The notes beneath the pieces were generated by a model. It was not told the DNA's origin. It did no database searches and worked only from the letters and a program-made list of their open reading frames with translations. A stretch of DNA of 64,000 nt from the human T2T-CHM13v2.0 reference genome, Homo sapiens. Shown piece after piece: positions 12,987 through 27,282 of this stretch. Both the position numbers and the translations under genes were made by a program. Position 1 is the first letter of the stretch. Every line of letters begins with the position of its first letter. Location of the stretch: NCBI RefSeq assembly GCF_009914755.1, contig NC_060927.1, one strand, 5' to 3'.

Positions 12987-13910
12987 TAGATAAAAATTTA
13001 TTGTGAAAAATCACATACAAGGTTAAAATAATTCTTATGCTTATTATACGTGTGTATGGGTGACAATAATTGCTGCCGTGTTTGAAATGCGGTAGTAGCT
13101 TTATCTTGTTCAGCTACGTTTTTAGGCATCGAAAAGGGAAGTTCTGGGCAGCGCATCTCCTACTACTCAACACACACACAAATTGACACTCTCGATCAGA
13201 CCATGCGCAGTAAAACTGCACCAGAAAAATTTTACAAAGGCCCCCCGTTTGAGGTCCTTGTTCCTTGCTTCCCTGTTATTTGACCTGGTTCAGTCTGGCG
13301 TGTTGTTTGTATTTATACAATGTTATACGACATCTGCTGTTCCGCAAAACTCATCATGATGTGTGGCACTTTGCAGCTGACTGCCATCCTATTCATAGTA
13401 ATTGAATGCAGTGTATTCTGCATACACTGCTGATTACCCTCATTCATTTCAGTTCCTAAAGACCTAGGATTTCTCTGAGTGCCCTTACAACATTGTTCTA
13501 CTCATTTGGCTCCAATTAGCTTCAGCTAACGAAAATACATTACAACAAACCTCTGGTTAGCCATTGCTGTTTCTAATGACATAATTTGTGAGTTTTTAGC
13601 CCCTGAAAGTAAAGACATTGGGAATTAAGTTATGATATCTTCTGCAGGGCTGAGAAATATTAATTGCAGGCATCTGGGCTCACTTCCTTAAAGAAGATTT
13701 GTGATTTCTATGTAACTAATAAATGTTGACATAATTGAAGAGCTATAAACTCCATATGTTGGACTTCCTGAGGAATTTCTGATCATACCCTTGTTCAGCT
13801 GAGTAAGAGAATGTTTTGGCATTAACATTATTTCATGGTTTACTTGCGCTTACCATTTTGTGATCATATTGAATGGTTAAAGCATTCATGCAAGAGAGTT
13901 TCTTTAGGAA

Positions 13911-14232
13911 TTTTTTTTATTGATACATAATACTGTACATATTTATGGGGTACATGTGATATTTTGTTACATGCATACAATGTGTAATGATCAAGTCAGA
14001 ATATTTGAAGTATCCACCACTTTGAGTATTTATCATTTCTATGTGTTATATACAGTTCAAATCCTCTCTTCTAGCTACTTTGAAATATACAATACATTGT
14101 TGTTAACTAAAGTCAGTCTGCTCTGCTGAACAATAGGACTTACACCTTTTATCTAACTGTGTGTTCTTACCAGTTAACCTACCTCTCTTCATCCCCCTCT
14201 CCCACCCACCCATCCTTCTCAGCCTCTAGTAT
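13911..14232 (-). mobile_element. L1MA-type 3' end fragment
   Basis: tttttattgatacataatactgtacatatttatggggtacatgtgatattttgttacatgcatacaatgtgtaatgatcaagtcag is the L1MA 3' UTR in antisense. Confidence 0.85.
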
Positions 14233-15654
14233 CAATTAAAAGATGTATATTTATCCCAAAACTAAAAAAGTGTCACTAGTTTAGAAAAGAGGTATATACT
14301 TTTAACTTAATTTTTTCTTCTCAGCGGACGCTTTTTCCATTCTAGTCCTATTATAGCACTAGAATATGAAATAAGACTCTACGAGTCTATTCATACTTTA
14401 AAGACAATAGTCTTTGCAATCATGTTTTGAATAATGATGATAACTTCAAAGGATCTTTTTAGATGTAATCTAGACACTTGAACAAAATTAAGAATGGGTC
14501 ATAATATATTCTATAACAAATTAAATTACCTTATTCCTTATTAGTGAGGTTATAACCATGAAATTCAGCAATTTCCCTGTCTTTTAGACTAGGTGTTTGC
14601 ATAGTGCACAACTGTCCTTCATGGTATAAAATCTGGATTTTGATCTGTTTTGCAATATAATCAATTATCATATATTAGTCTAAGGGAATTTCATTGCTAA
14701 ATCACAACCCCAAGCAAAAAGTCTTTTTACTTATCCTTCCTTTGAAAGTTTTAGCTTTTAAATGATATTCTCATTGCATTTTATGTTTTCTTCTCCTTCC
14801 ATCCCAAACTTGAAAAGACAAGGCCAATCATAGTCAAATACCGTAAAAGCTGTGCTCCCATGGTTTTTATGTAAAGTTAATAAAATAAATAAGAGGCAGC
14901 TGTGCATTTCAGGAAATCACTCCATTGAGGGGTTCTGGGAATACTATAACCACAAGTACGAAGCTGGAGTCACCAGAAACCCTCAATGGAATTACAGCTC
15001 AATAAATCAAAATTTGCTCCTTTTTACCTTTACAGTATAACTCTGCATTCTATTTGGTGCCTATGCTTTATAACATTCCCATTGCTATCTTTTTAATTAT
15101 TGTGACATTTCTTGCTTCCTGTTCCAGCAGGTTGGGATTTTTGGGGATGACTATATGTTTGGTTGCTGTGGGTCTCAAACATTTTGGGCCTAGGGATAGT
15201 TGCATGGTAATAAATCCCTCTCACTTGCTTCCACCAAATAAGAAAGAAAGAAAGAGGAAATATAACGAACTAGGAGGTATTTTGATAACATTTCATGGAG
15301 GTATATCATAAGTACATCCATGCCAGATTGTAATATCATACATGATAATAGTTCCATGGATGGGCAAGTGGACCACCTAGAAGCCCCTAAAGACTACTGA
15401 ATCTTGTAGTTGATGGATGGGCTGTGAGTTACTGGTTTTGACAATCACTGCAATACAGTTGTCATTCTTCTCTTTAACTTATATATTCCTTGGTGACAAC
15501 CTAGTGAGATATTTTTTTCCCAGGATTTCTTATTCTTGTATGTCTTCCCTACTCCCATTTTCTTTTACAGTAATAGCAGAATCTTAGTTTCCTTAATTGA
15601 GAAAACACTACACACATTCTTCTAGCTAAGCAGACCAAACACTAAAAATTATGC

Positions 15655-15805
15655 ATTAATCTGGAGCCTGGGTTCAAATCCTGAGTTTAAATCATTCATT
15701 AGCTCGATAACCATGGGCAAGTTACTTTAACTTTGCATGCCTCAACTTTTCCCTAAAATAGCATTAATAATGTTACAATACCCATACCCTTGAATTCCAG
15801 TGAGG
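15655..15805 (+). mobile_element. MIR SINE
   Basis: cctgggttcaaatcctg...ccatgggcaagttactttaac...gcctcaac. Confidence 0.6.
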
Positions 15806-15809
15806 CTAA

Positions 15810-16283
15810 TTGGTAATCTTCTGCACTATAACAAACTAACCCAAACTTAATGTCTTAATAAACATTTATTATTTCTCATAACTCTATGCTTTGGCTAGGA
15901 GCTTCTTCTGCTCTGGAGATATTTGACTTAGATGGATGATTTAGGATGGTTTCATTTATAGTCTGGTGGTTGGTATGCCGTGGTCTAGGGACCCCTCACT
16001 CTCGTGTCTGCCGAGTGGCCAGATGTAATCTGTGGTGATGGCATATGCCTCTCACCATCCAACAGGTTAGCCCAGGCTTCTTCACATGGTGATATCAGGC
16101 AGCAAAAGAGGGCAAGTCCATTTTCAACCTTCTGCTCGTCTCATGTTTGCTGTGTCCTCGACTAAAACAAAGTCCATGATCAAACCCAGAGTGAATGCGT
16201 GGAGAGATAGACTCCACCCCGATAGGAGGAGTGGAAATTCACATTGCCAAGGAGCATACATTCCAGGATGGGTGGAATTTATG
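15810..16283 (-). mobile_element. Old MLT1 LTR
   Basis: ataacaaactaacccaaacttaatgtcttaataaacatttattatttctcataactc ... gggctttttgaaatctgccata. Confidence 0.6.
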
Positions 16284-16405
16284 GGCTTTTTGAAATCTGC
16301 CATATAAGGTGTGAGATGAATTGGGAGTGCTGAGAGTAACAAAGTAGTAAATTCTAAGTAAGACTTAGAATTAATGACTAGCATATAGTAAGAGTTCCAA
16401 ATAAA

Positions 16406-16450
16406 TGTTATCTGTTATCATCTTCATCTGTTATCATCTTCATCATCTTC
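16406..16450. repeat. Short tandem duplication (atctgttatcatcttc)x2
   Basis: tgttatctgttatcatcttcatctgttatcatcttcatcatcttc. Confidence 0.8.
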
Positions 16451-16754
16451 TTGATTAGCACCACCCTTACACTTAGCTCTTGGCATTAGATCTGGTTTTG
16501 TGCAGTGACCTCTTTCATATGTAAATGAGAAATTATATCTATTTAGATGCTGTTGAAATTCTGATGCATCTGCTGTAAGATTCTTTATGTGGACTCTCTT
16601 TAGGAAGGTGAGTAACATGGTCATTACAGAAAAAATTTGTTTTTCTACAATCCACTCTTTACACTCTTGCCAGAGTAATACTTTTTTTTTTTTTAAGTCT
16701 TGACTTTTTTTTAATTTCTAAGTTTCCAGCCCCATTTTCCACAATACTCTCAGC

Positions 16755-16830
16755 CCGCGCAGAATAGTCCCTCACAACAAAGAGTTGTCTGGCCCCAAAT
16801 GTCAATAGTAGCACTGTTGAGAAATCCCAC
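16755..16830 (+). mobile_element. MER20 (hAT-Charlie) terminal fragment
   Basis: ccctcacaacaaagagttgtctggccccaaatgtcaatagtagcactgttgagaaatccc. Confidence 0.65.
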
Positions 16831-19800
16831 TTTAGGGTATATTTAATATTGGCTTGGCTCAGATTTTGGGTTTCCATTCCTTTATAGGATTCTGCCTAAA
16901 GAATGCAATATAATTTTTAAATATTTTAGAATGACAATAATTTTATTAAATATAGCACTGATAATTTTATTTCTTGAAAGTAAAATCTTTAAAGATTTAA
17001 AGTTAAATGTTTTTGAAGAAATTTATTTTAAATGAAGTAGAAACTGACCAAGTGAAATTGAAATGGCTTTGAAATAGACTAAACTGACTTCCTTGAACCT
17101 GAATTTCTGACTGATAGTAACTGGGTCTCAGCTAAAAGCAGTATTCACAACGTGGACCTTCAGATATGAAACGAAGCCCTTGAGGCTGGTATAGTAGATG
17201 AACTCATATTGCTTTGGATTTCATTATCCTTAATAACTATGATAAATGCCAGTCATGGATTCTCACAGATTGATTCTATCTTGGGAAAGTTTCCATAAAG
17301 ATGTGACTCAGGTAAGACAAATGTGTTTTAAGTATCTAATCTATAGTGAAAAATTTGTCCTATCCCTGAGGAATGAAATGATAATTTCAAACACATGTTT
17401 GGATAACTGGACAGTAGAGACAATGTGAGGATTGCCATGGTAGCTTATTTAAGAAAACAGTATCCATTTGTAGTTAAACCAGAAAGATTCTACTCAGATA
17501 AAAATGATAAGGGGCATCCGTTAGATCTTAGGCTGTCCTCTCCTCCTCCCCTTCCTGACATTACCATCAGCCAAACTGGGAACCAGCAGTGCTCTGAATC
17601 TATCTCACAGAGCTCCAGAGGGACCATGTGAACCTTCTTGCTGCACTAGAGAAACTGATGCTGTAGTCAACTCTTTCTTCTTTCTGTTTATCGAGGGATG
17701 GAGGATCTCCTCCTTTCTTCCCCTGAAGTGTTTATGAGGAGATCTTAGTGGCTTTGCCATTCAAACCACAGAACAGTTTTTGCCTGTTTGTTGAAAACTG
17801 GTAGAAGGAAAACAGCACAGCCTGACCCAGTAATTGCAGGAAGATTGAAGAAAAATCTTCATCAATGCCAGGAGACATAAAACTATTTCCCCTCCGAATA
17901 GCTCAATGATTTAGATACAGAACATTTCTCTTGTATTTAGACTTAGAATAACAACAGCTGAAAACTTCAGGTTCTTTCCTTTGACTATATAAGGCTTCTC
18001 TATTGGGGAACAAGACAGGGAGGGGGCCTCATGACTGAGGGTGGACTTAGCGGGTGAGGATGATATCCCCAATCCTGATTAGGAGGCTCTGTGCACCTCC
18101 TTGGGGCACAGTCTGATGGTACCATTTCTGTTCAATCCAAACAGATAAGACAAAAGAAAATAATTTTTTTTAAATGATAGCACCAAGCTCCTTAGCGGCA
18201 TGGGTTTTGAGCAACCACAAGCGATAGTTGCTATGAGTATTAATTAACCACCTATATCCTTGAAATAACATTGGAATCCAGGGCAGGGACTGGTGCATAA
18301 GGATGAGTCCCAGCCAGCAGAAGAGAGTTAAGGCTTGTGCCACAAAAGGTTGTCCTTAGACACTAGGCAGTCCTGACAGGATTCCCCACTCTCATCAGTT
18401 GGATTGGGAGGGCTGGCCAGTAGGTCCCCCCTTTCTGCCTTCCTTAACGTGCAGTCCCATTTTTCACGCCATTTCCTCCAGCTCATTCCTCTCTCACCAG
18501 CCGTAACTGTGGAGGAACAGATGTTGAGGAAAGGATTGGCCTCTTTTCATCTCCCAGAGGGTGCTGGCTACAGGTGAGATCTGGGACTTGGCCTGGAAAC
18601 CACCACTCAGGCCCAAAGTCGGAAAGCCTGGGAAAGCCAGCGCTGAGACCTGCTCCACTGGATTTCTCTGAGACGCTCTACTTACATCATGCCCCCTTCT
18701 CAGTCTACAGGGGGCGGTGACCATAGAAGAAGAGGTAGAGCAGGATTTGCCCTGAGACAGTCAAGGGCCTGGTCCCCTAGATTCACTCGGGCTGTCCTAG
18801 TAGCTGGGGCATTCCCCAGCTCCTCCCCACCCGCTAATGGACTTCCTATTAGGAGTCCATTTCTACTTTTGTTTTTTCACCTCTTAGCAAAACTATAGAG
18901 ATAAATTGGGCAATGGCAACTCCATTTGCTTAGGTTAGGTGGCAAAATGTATTTCTTTTTCCAAAAGAAAAGAAAATTACCTTAAAAATACATGAAACAA
19001 ATTAAAAAAGAAAGGGAGGCTGGATTGTTTTAATTGCCCAAGCCTTGGTCTTTTTCTGTTCATAAATTAAGTTTCACACTTTGGTGATTTTCTTTTCTTG
19101 TTTAGGATAACATGCTGACTGTTCTAGCAGGTAAAGTTTTCAGAGTGTGTACCTTGGTCCGCCTTGCCTCAGCCCTTTTCCTGCAGTGAGTTCTACTTGT
19201 GCTTCTCACCATTTCACCCTCCTAGCCAGGTGACTTCACTCATTCCCACCAAGAACAAAGGGTTTTTTATGTGTGTTGAGAGTGCTTAAGTCTTGACTCA
19301 CCATTTCCTCGGGTGGGGGTTGCGAGGCCACTTGTGACATTTCTGTGCAAATTTTACCTAACCCATAGCTACATGAAGGAGTTTAAAATGAATTTCAGCA
19401 GGTAGCGAGTTAGCATATAAACAAACATCCCTTAAAACCATAGAGATTTTCCCCTTTCTCTAGAATCTTGACTCTGGTCCCAGAAACCTGAATGAATAAA
19501 AAGAGTCCCCTTTGCTGTGGTAAAATAGATTGGTACCCAGTCCTGATACATCACTTACTGAGGAGAGAGAAAAATGTATTTTTATGAACGCAAATCAGGG
19601 TGAGGGCTGGAGGGGAAACTCCTGCTTGTGATTGCTTTAAAGTTGAGTACTATTCTACTCCATAATTGCAGCAACTTTGAACATTGTACTTTACTGGAAA
19701 TCTGCCAGCCTCCACCACCTCTGTTCTGATTGTGCCCTTCCTCTTCCCCTTTAATCTGTTCTTTACTTTGTCTAGGGGGAGATGGGGCTCAGACATTGGA

Positions 19801-20284
19801 GTTTGTTTTTTGATAGATGAGCACTCCAGTGTTCTTCCCAGGAAGGTTGTTTCAGCCACAAACCACTTCATTCTGCTGTTTCTATTTGAATATAAAAGGA
19901 AATATATTAAAAAAGAGATATTGTTTCAATAAGTTTGCTAATAAATACAAAAAAAGAAGATATTAATGAAAATTGTTGTAACAGACTGGCACTAATCTAT
20001 GAATCTGATAAGCGATGGATGGTAGAATGAGAAATATGGAGTTACAGTGGGATCCTGTTACTTAGGAGACTGAGGTTAGGAGAAATAGGACTTCTTAAGA
20101 TCTGAGGTAAAAATTTGTTTGTCCAGTTGTTCATTCATTTGTGGCAGTCATCCTATGCATCAGTTAATAAATACATGCAAAATATTTAATATGAATATGG
20201 TACTATTATTAATCTCTATAATGAAAAATTAGTAAACTCAATGTCTACAGAATTAGTGAACAGGTTAGTGAAGCTGACAAAGTA

Positions 20285-20468
20285 TTATGCCATAGAGAAT
20301 AGTGGGGAATTGGTCAGGTGGAGAGCACATGTCCCACCTAAATGGAGCAACCACTACCCAGCTCATGTTAAGCCCAGTATTTTCCAGATTTCCTGTTTTT
20401 TCAAAATAATATACTCAGGCTATTTTTGTGTGTGTGTGAAATTTCTTGATTTTAAAATACTATGCCAT
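20285..20468 (-). mobile_element. MER102-like DNA transposon fragment
   Basis: ggagagcacatgtcccacctaaatggagcaaccactacccagctc...cccagtattttccagatttcctgttttttcaa...gtgaaatttcttgattttaaaat. Confidence 0.55.
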
Positions 20469-21579
20469 TTTAGTCAATATTGTGCTGGCGGTTCCAGCCA
20501 GGGCAATTAGGCAAGAAAAGAGATGAAAGGTAGCCAGATTAGAAAGAAAGGAGTAAAATCATCCCTAGTTGCAGATGACATCATCTTTTATACAAAAATT
20601 CCCAAGAAAACCACTAAAAATAAAACTACTAGGACTCATAGATGAGTCCAGCAAAGTTGCAGAATGCTAGTTCAACATACAAAAATCAGTTGTATTTATA
20701 TACATTTGTAATGGATAATCTGAAGTTAAAATTAAGAAAGTGATTCTATTTATAATAACATCAAAAAGAATAAAATACGAATACATTTAACAAAGGGAGT
20801 ACAAGACTTGTACTCTGAGAACTGAAACACGTAATTGAAAGAAATTAAATAACTCAATAATGGAAAATATCAAATATTAATATATTAGATGACTTAATAT
20901 TCTTAAGATGGTAATATTCCATAAATTGTTTTGTAAACTCAACACAATCCTTTATCAAAATTCTAGCTGACTTCTTTGCAAAATTGACAAGCAAATCCTA
21001 AAATTACCATGGAAATAGAAGAGACTCAAAATAGCCCAAAAAATCTTGAAAAAGAATAGCAAAGTTTAAGAACTCACACTTCTGATTTCAAAACTTACCA
21101 CAAAGCTGCAGTACTCAAGACAGTGGTGGTACTCGCATAGGATAGACATAAATCAGTGGAATAGAATTAAGAGTGCAGAAATAAACCCACATTTTGGCCA
21201 ATTGATTTTTGGCTAGGGTGCCAAAACAATTCAGTGTGGAAAACAATAGTCTTTCAACAAATGGTGCTGGAACAATTGGGTATTTACATGCAAAAATACT
21301 TCCTGTCTCACATTGTACACAAAAATCAACTTGAAATGGATTATAGATTAATCTTTGTATCTTTAGTCAATACATTCTTACATATGACACCAGAAGCATA
21401 AGTGACAAAAGAAAACAAATAGATACATTGGACTTCATCAAAAAATTTTAAAGAAGTGTTGTAAACAATACCATCAAGAAAGTGAAAGGACAAACGGCAA
21501 AATGGGAAGATACACTTGTAAATCATATAGCTGATAAGAGACCTGAATACAGAATACATGATGCGTGCTTACAACTCAA

Positions 21580-21886
21580 TTTTTTTTTTTTTTGGATAGA
21601 GACTGGGTCTTGCTCTGTCACCTAGGCTGGACTGCAGTGGTGCAATCCCAGCTCACTGCAACCTCAAACTTCTGGGGTCAAGCAAGTGATCCTCTTGCCT
21701 TGGCCTCCTGAGTGGCTGGGACTTCAGGTGCATGCTACCCACCCGGCTATTACATTTTTGTTTTTTTGTGGAGACCTGGTCTCACTATGTTACCCAGTAT
21801 GGTCTCCAACTCTAGGCCTTAAGCAGTCCTTTTGCCACGGCCTCCCAAAGTGCTGGGATTACAGGTGTAAGCCACCACTCCTGGCC
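21580..21886 (-). mobile_element. AluJ
   Basis: gggtcttgctctgtcacctaggctgg...tcaagcaagtgatcctc; TSD caactcaat. Confidence 0.9.
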
Positions 21887-21918
21887 CTGCAACTCAATAT
21901 TAAAAAGACAAACAATCT

Positions 21919-22356
<438 letters not shown>

Positions 22357-23910
22357 TTAACATGCTTAATAAACATCTTAATAATAAGGCCTATTATTAA
22401 TCATTAGGGAGATGAAAATCAAAACCACAATGGGATACCATTCATACCACCAGGATGCCTAAAATAAATAACTCAGATAATAAATATTGGTCAGGATTCT
22501 GAGAAATTGTAACACTTATACACTGCTCCTGGGGATATAAAATGATAAGGTCATTTTGTAAAACAGTCTAGCACTTTCTGAAAAAGTTAAACATAGTCTT
22601 ACCATATAACCCAGCTGGTCCACCGTTAGGTATATACCTAAGAGAAATGAAAACATATGTCCACACAAGAATTTGTACAAAGATGTTCATAGCAGCATTG
22701 TTTATTATAGCCAAAAAATAGAAATAAATGTCCATTAACTGATGAAATGGTAAGTCAAATGCGGTCTATCAATAAGTGAAATATTATTTTGCAATATAAA
22801 GGAATGAAGTACTAATCTATGGTCCACCATGGGTGGACCTTGGAAACATTTAGCTAAGTGACAAAAGTCGGTAACAGATTAATCTATATGGTGGGATTCC
22901 ATTATATTAAATGGTCATCTCTATAGATGCGGAAAGCAGATTAATGGTTGCCTAGGGCTATGGGAGAGGAGTAAGGAATGTTAATGGATATGGGTTTTTT
23001 GGGGGGATGATGAAATTATTCTAAAATTAGATTGTGGTGATAGTTGTACAATTATGTGAATATACTTAAAAGACAATTGCATAGGAAACATACATATACA
23101 CACAGGCACAGACACACAAACACAAATCAACCAAACCAAATGTATTTACAGATTGAATTTGCCATACAGGTCACTGATTCATGACTGCTATTAGTGGTGG
23201 AAAAAAGACAAGACCAAATATTCTTGCTATGACTCACCTTCAGATTAGTAGGAAAGATGAGAAACATACATAAATTATTACAACAAAAGGAAGAATTCTG
23301 AAAGTGGGAAGTGCTGGCCCACTTCACAGAGAAAGTGTGTGAATGTGGTGGCCTCGAGTAGTTATTTGGTTTTAAGAAGAGAGGAGGGCATTTATACTTA
23401 TGTAAAGTATGAAAACATCCTAGTCAAACTCTATTGATGTGATTTTTAGAGATGTACCCTAATGTGATTTTGTACCAAATGCCAAATTATGGAGTCATTA
23501 AGATCAATATTACTTTTATCTCAAAACCAAAGCCAAATCCAAATATCACCACAATACAATGAACTTGTGAAATACTAGCATAGATCTAAGGTTTTATTTA
23601 AACATTGTTTAATTTATGATTATTCAAATTTTGAGGAGTAAAATTTGAGAAGTTTGACCTTGTAGATCCAGAATAATAATTTCTCCAACCTCCCCACTAC
23701 TGGATGGCTCATTGTCACTCTGGCCACATGTTTAAGGTACTAAATGCATGTTCTCTTTCATCTAGTATATTTAGTAATGCCATTAATCTTTTTATATCCA
23801 CCAGAATATAATTCAGGAAAATGTCTTTTAGTTACATGTTTTATAAAATGAACTTAAGGCAAGTCATAAAAGAGTCATTGTCCTCAATATTTGTATAGCA
23901 GTCATTTAAA

Positions 23911-24188
23911 TTGTTTTTTTTTTTTCTTAAGACAGAGTCTCACTCTGTTGCCCATCTAGGCTCACTGCAACCTCCACCTCCTGGGTTCAAGCAATTCTTG
24001 TGGTTCAGCCTTCTGAGTAGCTGGGATTACACGCATGCACCACAACATGTACTGGCTAATTTTTGTATTTTTAGTAGAGATGGGGTTTCACCATGTTGGC
24101 CAGGCTGGTCTCTAACTCCTGACCTATGGTGATCCAGAAACCTTGGCCAAAGTGCTGGGATTACAGGCATGAGCCACCATGCCTGGCC
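23911..24188 (-). mobile_element. AluS with a ~20-bp internal deletion
   Basis: The junction ctgttgcccatctaggctcactgc lacks ggctggagtgcagtggcg. Confidence 0.9.
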
Positions 24189-24634
24189 AGATTAATTTTT
24201 GTTTAACTTTTGAGCCCATAGATGCAAATCTGCTTAAAGCAGTTTTATGAAATTATTATTTTGAAGTTTAGTTAGTGAGAACAAAATGTAATTTGGGAAA
24301 CCTATTTTTCTTTAACGCTTTTACTTTCTTCTTTTGTTTATACTCATATTCTTAATTATGTGTAGCTTGAAGATGGTTTATTATGAAAGTCGTAATACAG
24401 GATTTCTGATTTTTTCTTCTTCAAGAAATGTTGATGTGGCAAAATTGATATTTGATTTTAATTTATCATCATAAACTATAAAAATTCCTCAGGAGAATAA
24501 TTTTCATGAAAGTTTTAAGGCTTCCGTGGAATTAGGTAACTGCTAATTAAATACAATTCTTAACGATTTTTTTCTCTCATATTTTAATTTCTAGCTCAAT
24601 AAACAATTCTACTTGATTAGAGTTATGATACTGG

Positions 24635-25083
24635 TGGGTTGTCTATGAACCAGACAACAGCATTTCTTAGGAGAACTGCCTTTCTCCTAAGGCGGAGAAC
24701 CGTGCTTCTCAGAATCCCCTTGGCTGTATGGTTCTGGTTAGAGTTTCCTATTGAGAGTAATTTACATGGGATTTGGAAAATGGAAGCCATGTTCTCAAGA
24801 AATCGTGGTGGTCAGACATGGTAGCTTTGCAGACCGCTTCATGAACTCTCACTCACAGTTGTGGTTACTCCACCCTCCCTACAAGCTGTAGATGCTTCAT
24901 CCTCCAGTACTTCACGTTGAGGTCAATAGTTAACCGTTTCCTGATTTCCTGGCTTTATCTTTTGAGACCTTTACTCATCCCATCTCCTGTCACAATAATG
25001 TAAGCCCTAATTCCATATTACATTCCTTGTTTTCATAATTCTTATAGTGATTCTCTCTTTGTGATCAAACCTAGACTGATTCA
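24635..25083 (+). mobile_element. ERVL LTR (LTR33-like)
   Basis: cttctcagaatccccttggctgtatggttctggttagagttt... and an ERVL-type 3' end cttatagtgattctctctttgtgatcaaacctagactgattca. Confidence 0.45.
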
Positions 25084-26823
25084 GCTTTATTCTAATCTCT
25101 GTTAATAAACCTTGTATTATTATTTACATTTTTATACTCATCTCTTGTCTCCAAAGTAATGTGGTCTCCCTAAGGTTATTTGGTTCTTGTACTCTCTCCT
25201 AATATTAATTTAACTGTCAATGTATTTTCTATTTAACCTTTGGAAATTTCTCAATATTTTTGACCAGTTTGGCGGCTTTTACTGTCATTGATTGTTTCTG
25301 TAATTAATTCAGAGAATAATGATGTATCACACATCAGCTGACTGACAGAATTTCAACATATAAAACACATAAGATTTTTCTGTTCAGGTTATATATAGAA
25401 TGCTTTTATCTATATTTGAATGTAAATTTCCAGAGCTTGGCAATAAATCTGAATGACACATCTTATTTATATTACATTGTTATGCTGATTAGATATGTTG
25501 GTAACTTATCAACACTTGTCATTAATTACACACAGCATCAGCGTGCCAATAGTTCTTTAGCTGTATGATGGTCCATTGCAAGGCTGAAGCTAAAGTTAAA
25601 GAGAAGATTTTGGCAGAAAGCTGGGCAGAATCTGAATGTCAGTGCATTGTGAGAGTGCTGTGTGCAGATAACTCAAGAAATACTTTCCAACTAATTGAGG
25701 ATATTAATTATGCTTTACAAAAAACGTGCAGTGTCAAAGATACAGAACATGTATCAGAAAATATAAAATTAAAAAAAATTACCTGGCTTTTTAAATCCCA
25801 GTCTTGTTTAGAGAAGGCTTGTTTTAGTTTCCCTCTGAAGTTCACTGAAAGGAGCTGCTTGAGAACTTTCATAATTGGCTCAGCATTTTGCACCAATTAG
25901 AATACTAAGGAAGCACCAGTTATTTCATATGGAAAACAAAAAGGTATATTTGAAAAAATAAAATGTCTTCTCATAGTTTAGAGGACACGCCATGGTAAGT
26001 AGAAGTTGGCATTAGTTAAATACATTTTCATTTGTAAGAAGCCAGAAATGATTTGTTCTTATTTTCTGTTTCTGAATCATCTCTATGTAACTGTCCTGTA
26101 CATATCAAAGGAAATGAATTACAATCTTTTGGCAATGTAGCTATGGTCTAGCATACTCATCATATTGTTGTGAAACTTGAGAAATAAAAGTTGTCTAAGT
26201 TAGAAATGCATAAAAATTGTAGAGGGTTTTTTGTAGCTCCTAAGAGAAAAATCTATTAATCTGTGGCTTTCCAGGATGTATTCAAGATAACAAGAATAAC
26301 ATTCTTTGACTTTGGTCTGCTGCAAATGGGGCTAATAGGTGACAACTGATGTGTTCAGCAACAGAACAGAAAACAATTTATGGAAATATTCACCCACAGG
26401 CATCCTGGGGCCAGCACGGCCCTCCTGCCAAGATTGTTTTCCTCAAGGACCTAAGTACTAATAAAAAGTGGTGCAGACGCATTAATCAAAAAGAAAAGTT
26501 TTAAGGAGTTTATTTTTGAGGGTTATTGTCACTGTTCTTAGTGAACTGATAATCTTAATTGGGTATAATTGGAATTGATCCAAATTCTTATTTGGGAATT
26601 GAATTGCTTTAGTGATTAAACAAAGTAACTGAGGTCACTACCCTATTCAATGAGATAGTTTTGGCATGTAATTAATTATAATCTCATTGTAAATCCTTTT
26701 GATTTAAAGATTAATGCTGATTATTTCAATTATGCTATTCATTTTTTTAAATTAAAATTAAGACAAGCAACAGATCACTGTAGAATTTCAAGATGTTGAT
26801 ATTTATTTAAAAAGCCAATTTTA

Positions 26824-27119
26824 GGCCAGGTGCGGTGGCTTACGCCTGTAATCCCAGCACTTTTGGAGGCTGAGGCGGGTGGATCACCTGAGGTCAGGAG
26901 TTTGAGACCAGCTGACCAACATGAAGAAACCCCGTCTCTAGTAAAAATACAAACTTAGCCGGGCATAGTAGCGCGTGCCTGTAATCCCAGCTATTCAGGA
27001 GGCTGAGGCAGGGGAATCTCTTGAATCCGGGTGGTGGAGGTTGCGGTGAGCTGAGATCATGCATTGCACTCCAGCCTGGGCAACAAGAGTGAAACTCCAT
27101 CTCAAAAAAAAAAAAAAAA
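26824..27119 (+). mobile_element. AluSp/Sq
   Basis: ctgaccaacatgaagaaacc and caacaagagtgaaactccatctc diagnostics; poly-A tail. Confidence 0.92.
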
Positions 27120-27250
27120 GGCAGTTTTATTCTTTGATCAAAAGCAATGGATTTAGTATAACTACCTTTATTCTGTTATATTGGATAGGGAAGAGGCATA
27201 GGGGTTACATATTTTGTCACAATTATTGTATCAATTTTTCTTGGGTTATT

Positions 27251-27255
<5 letters not shown>

Positions 27256-27282
<27 letters not shown>
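27256..27282. repeat. (TA)n microsatellite
   Basis: Seen directly. Confidence 0.9.

Noticed and set aside
16547-16615. Consensus donor AAG|GTGAGT after a possible short exon; similar minus-strand donors at ~23238, ~38028 and ~43988
   Set aside because: The acceptors are weak, frames contain stops, and no consistent gene model results. Such sites are expected by chance in 64 kb.
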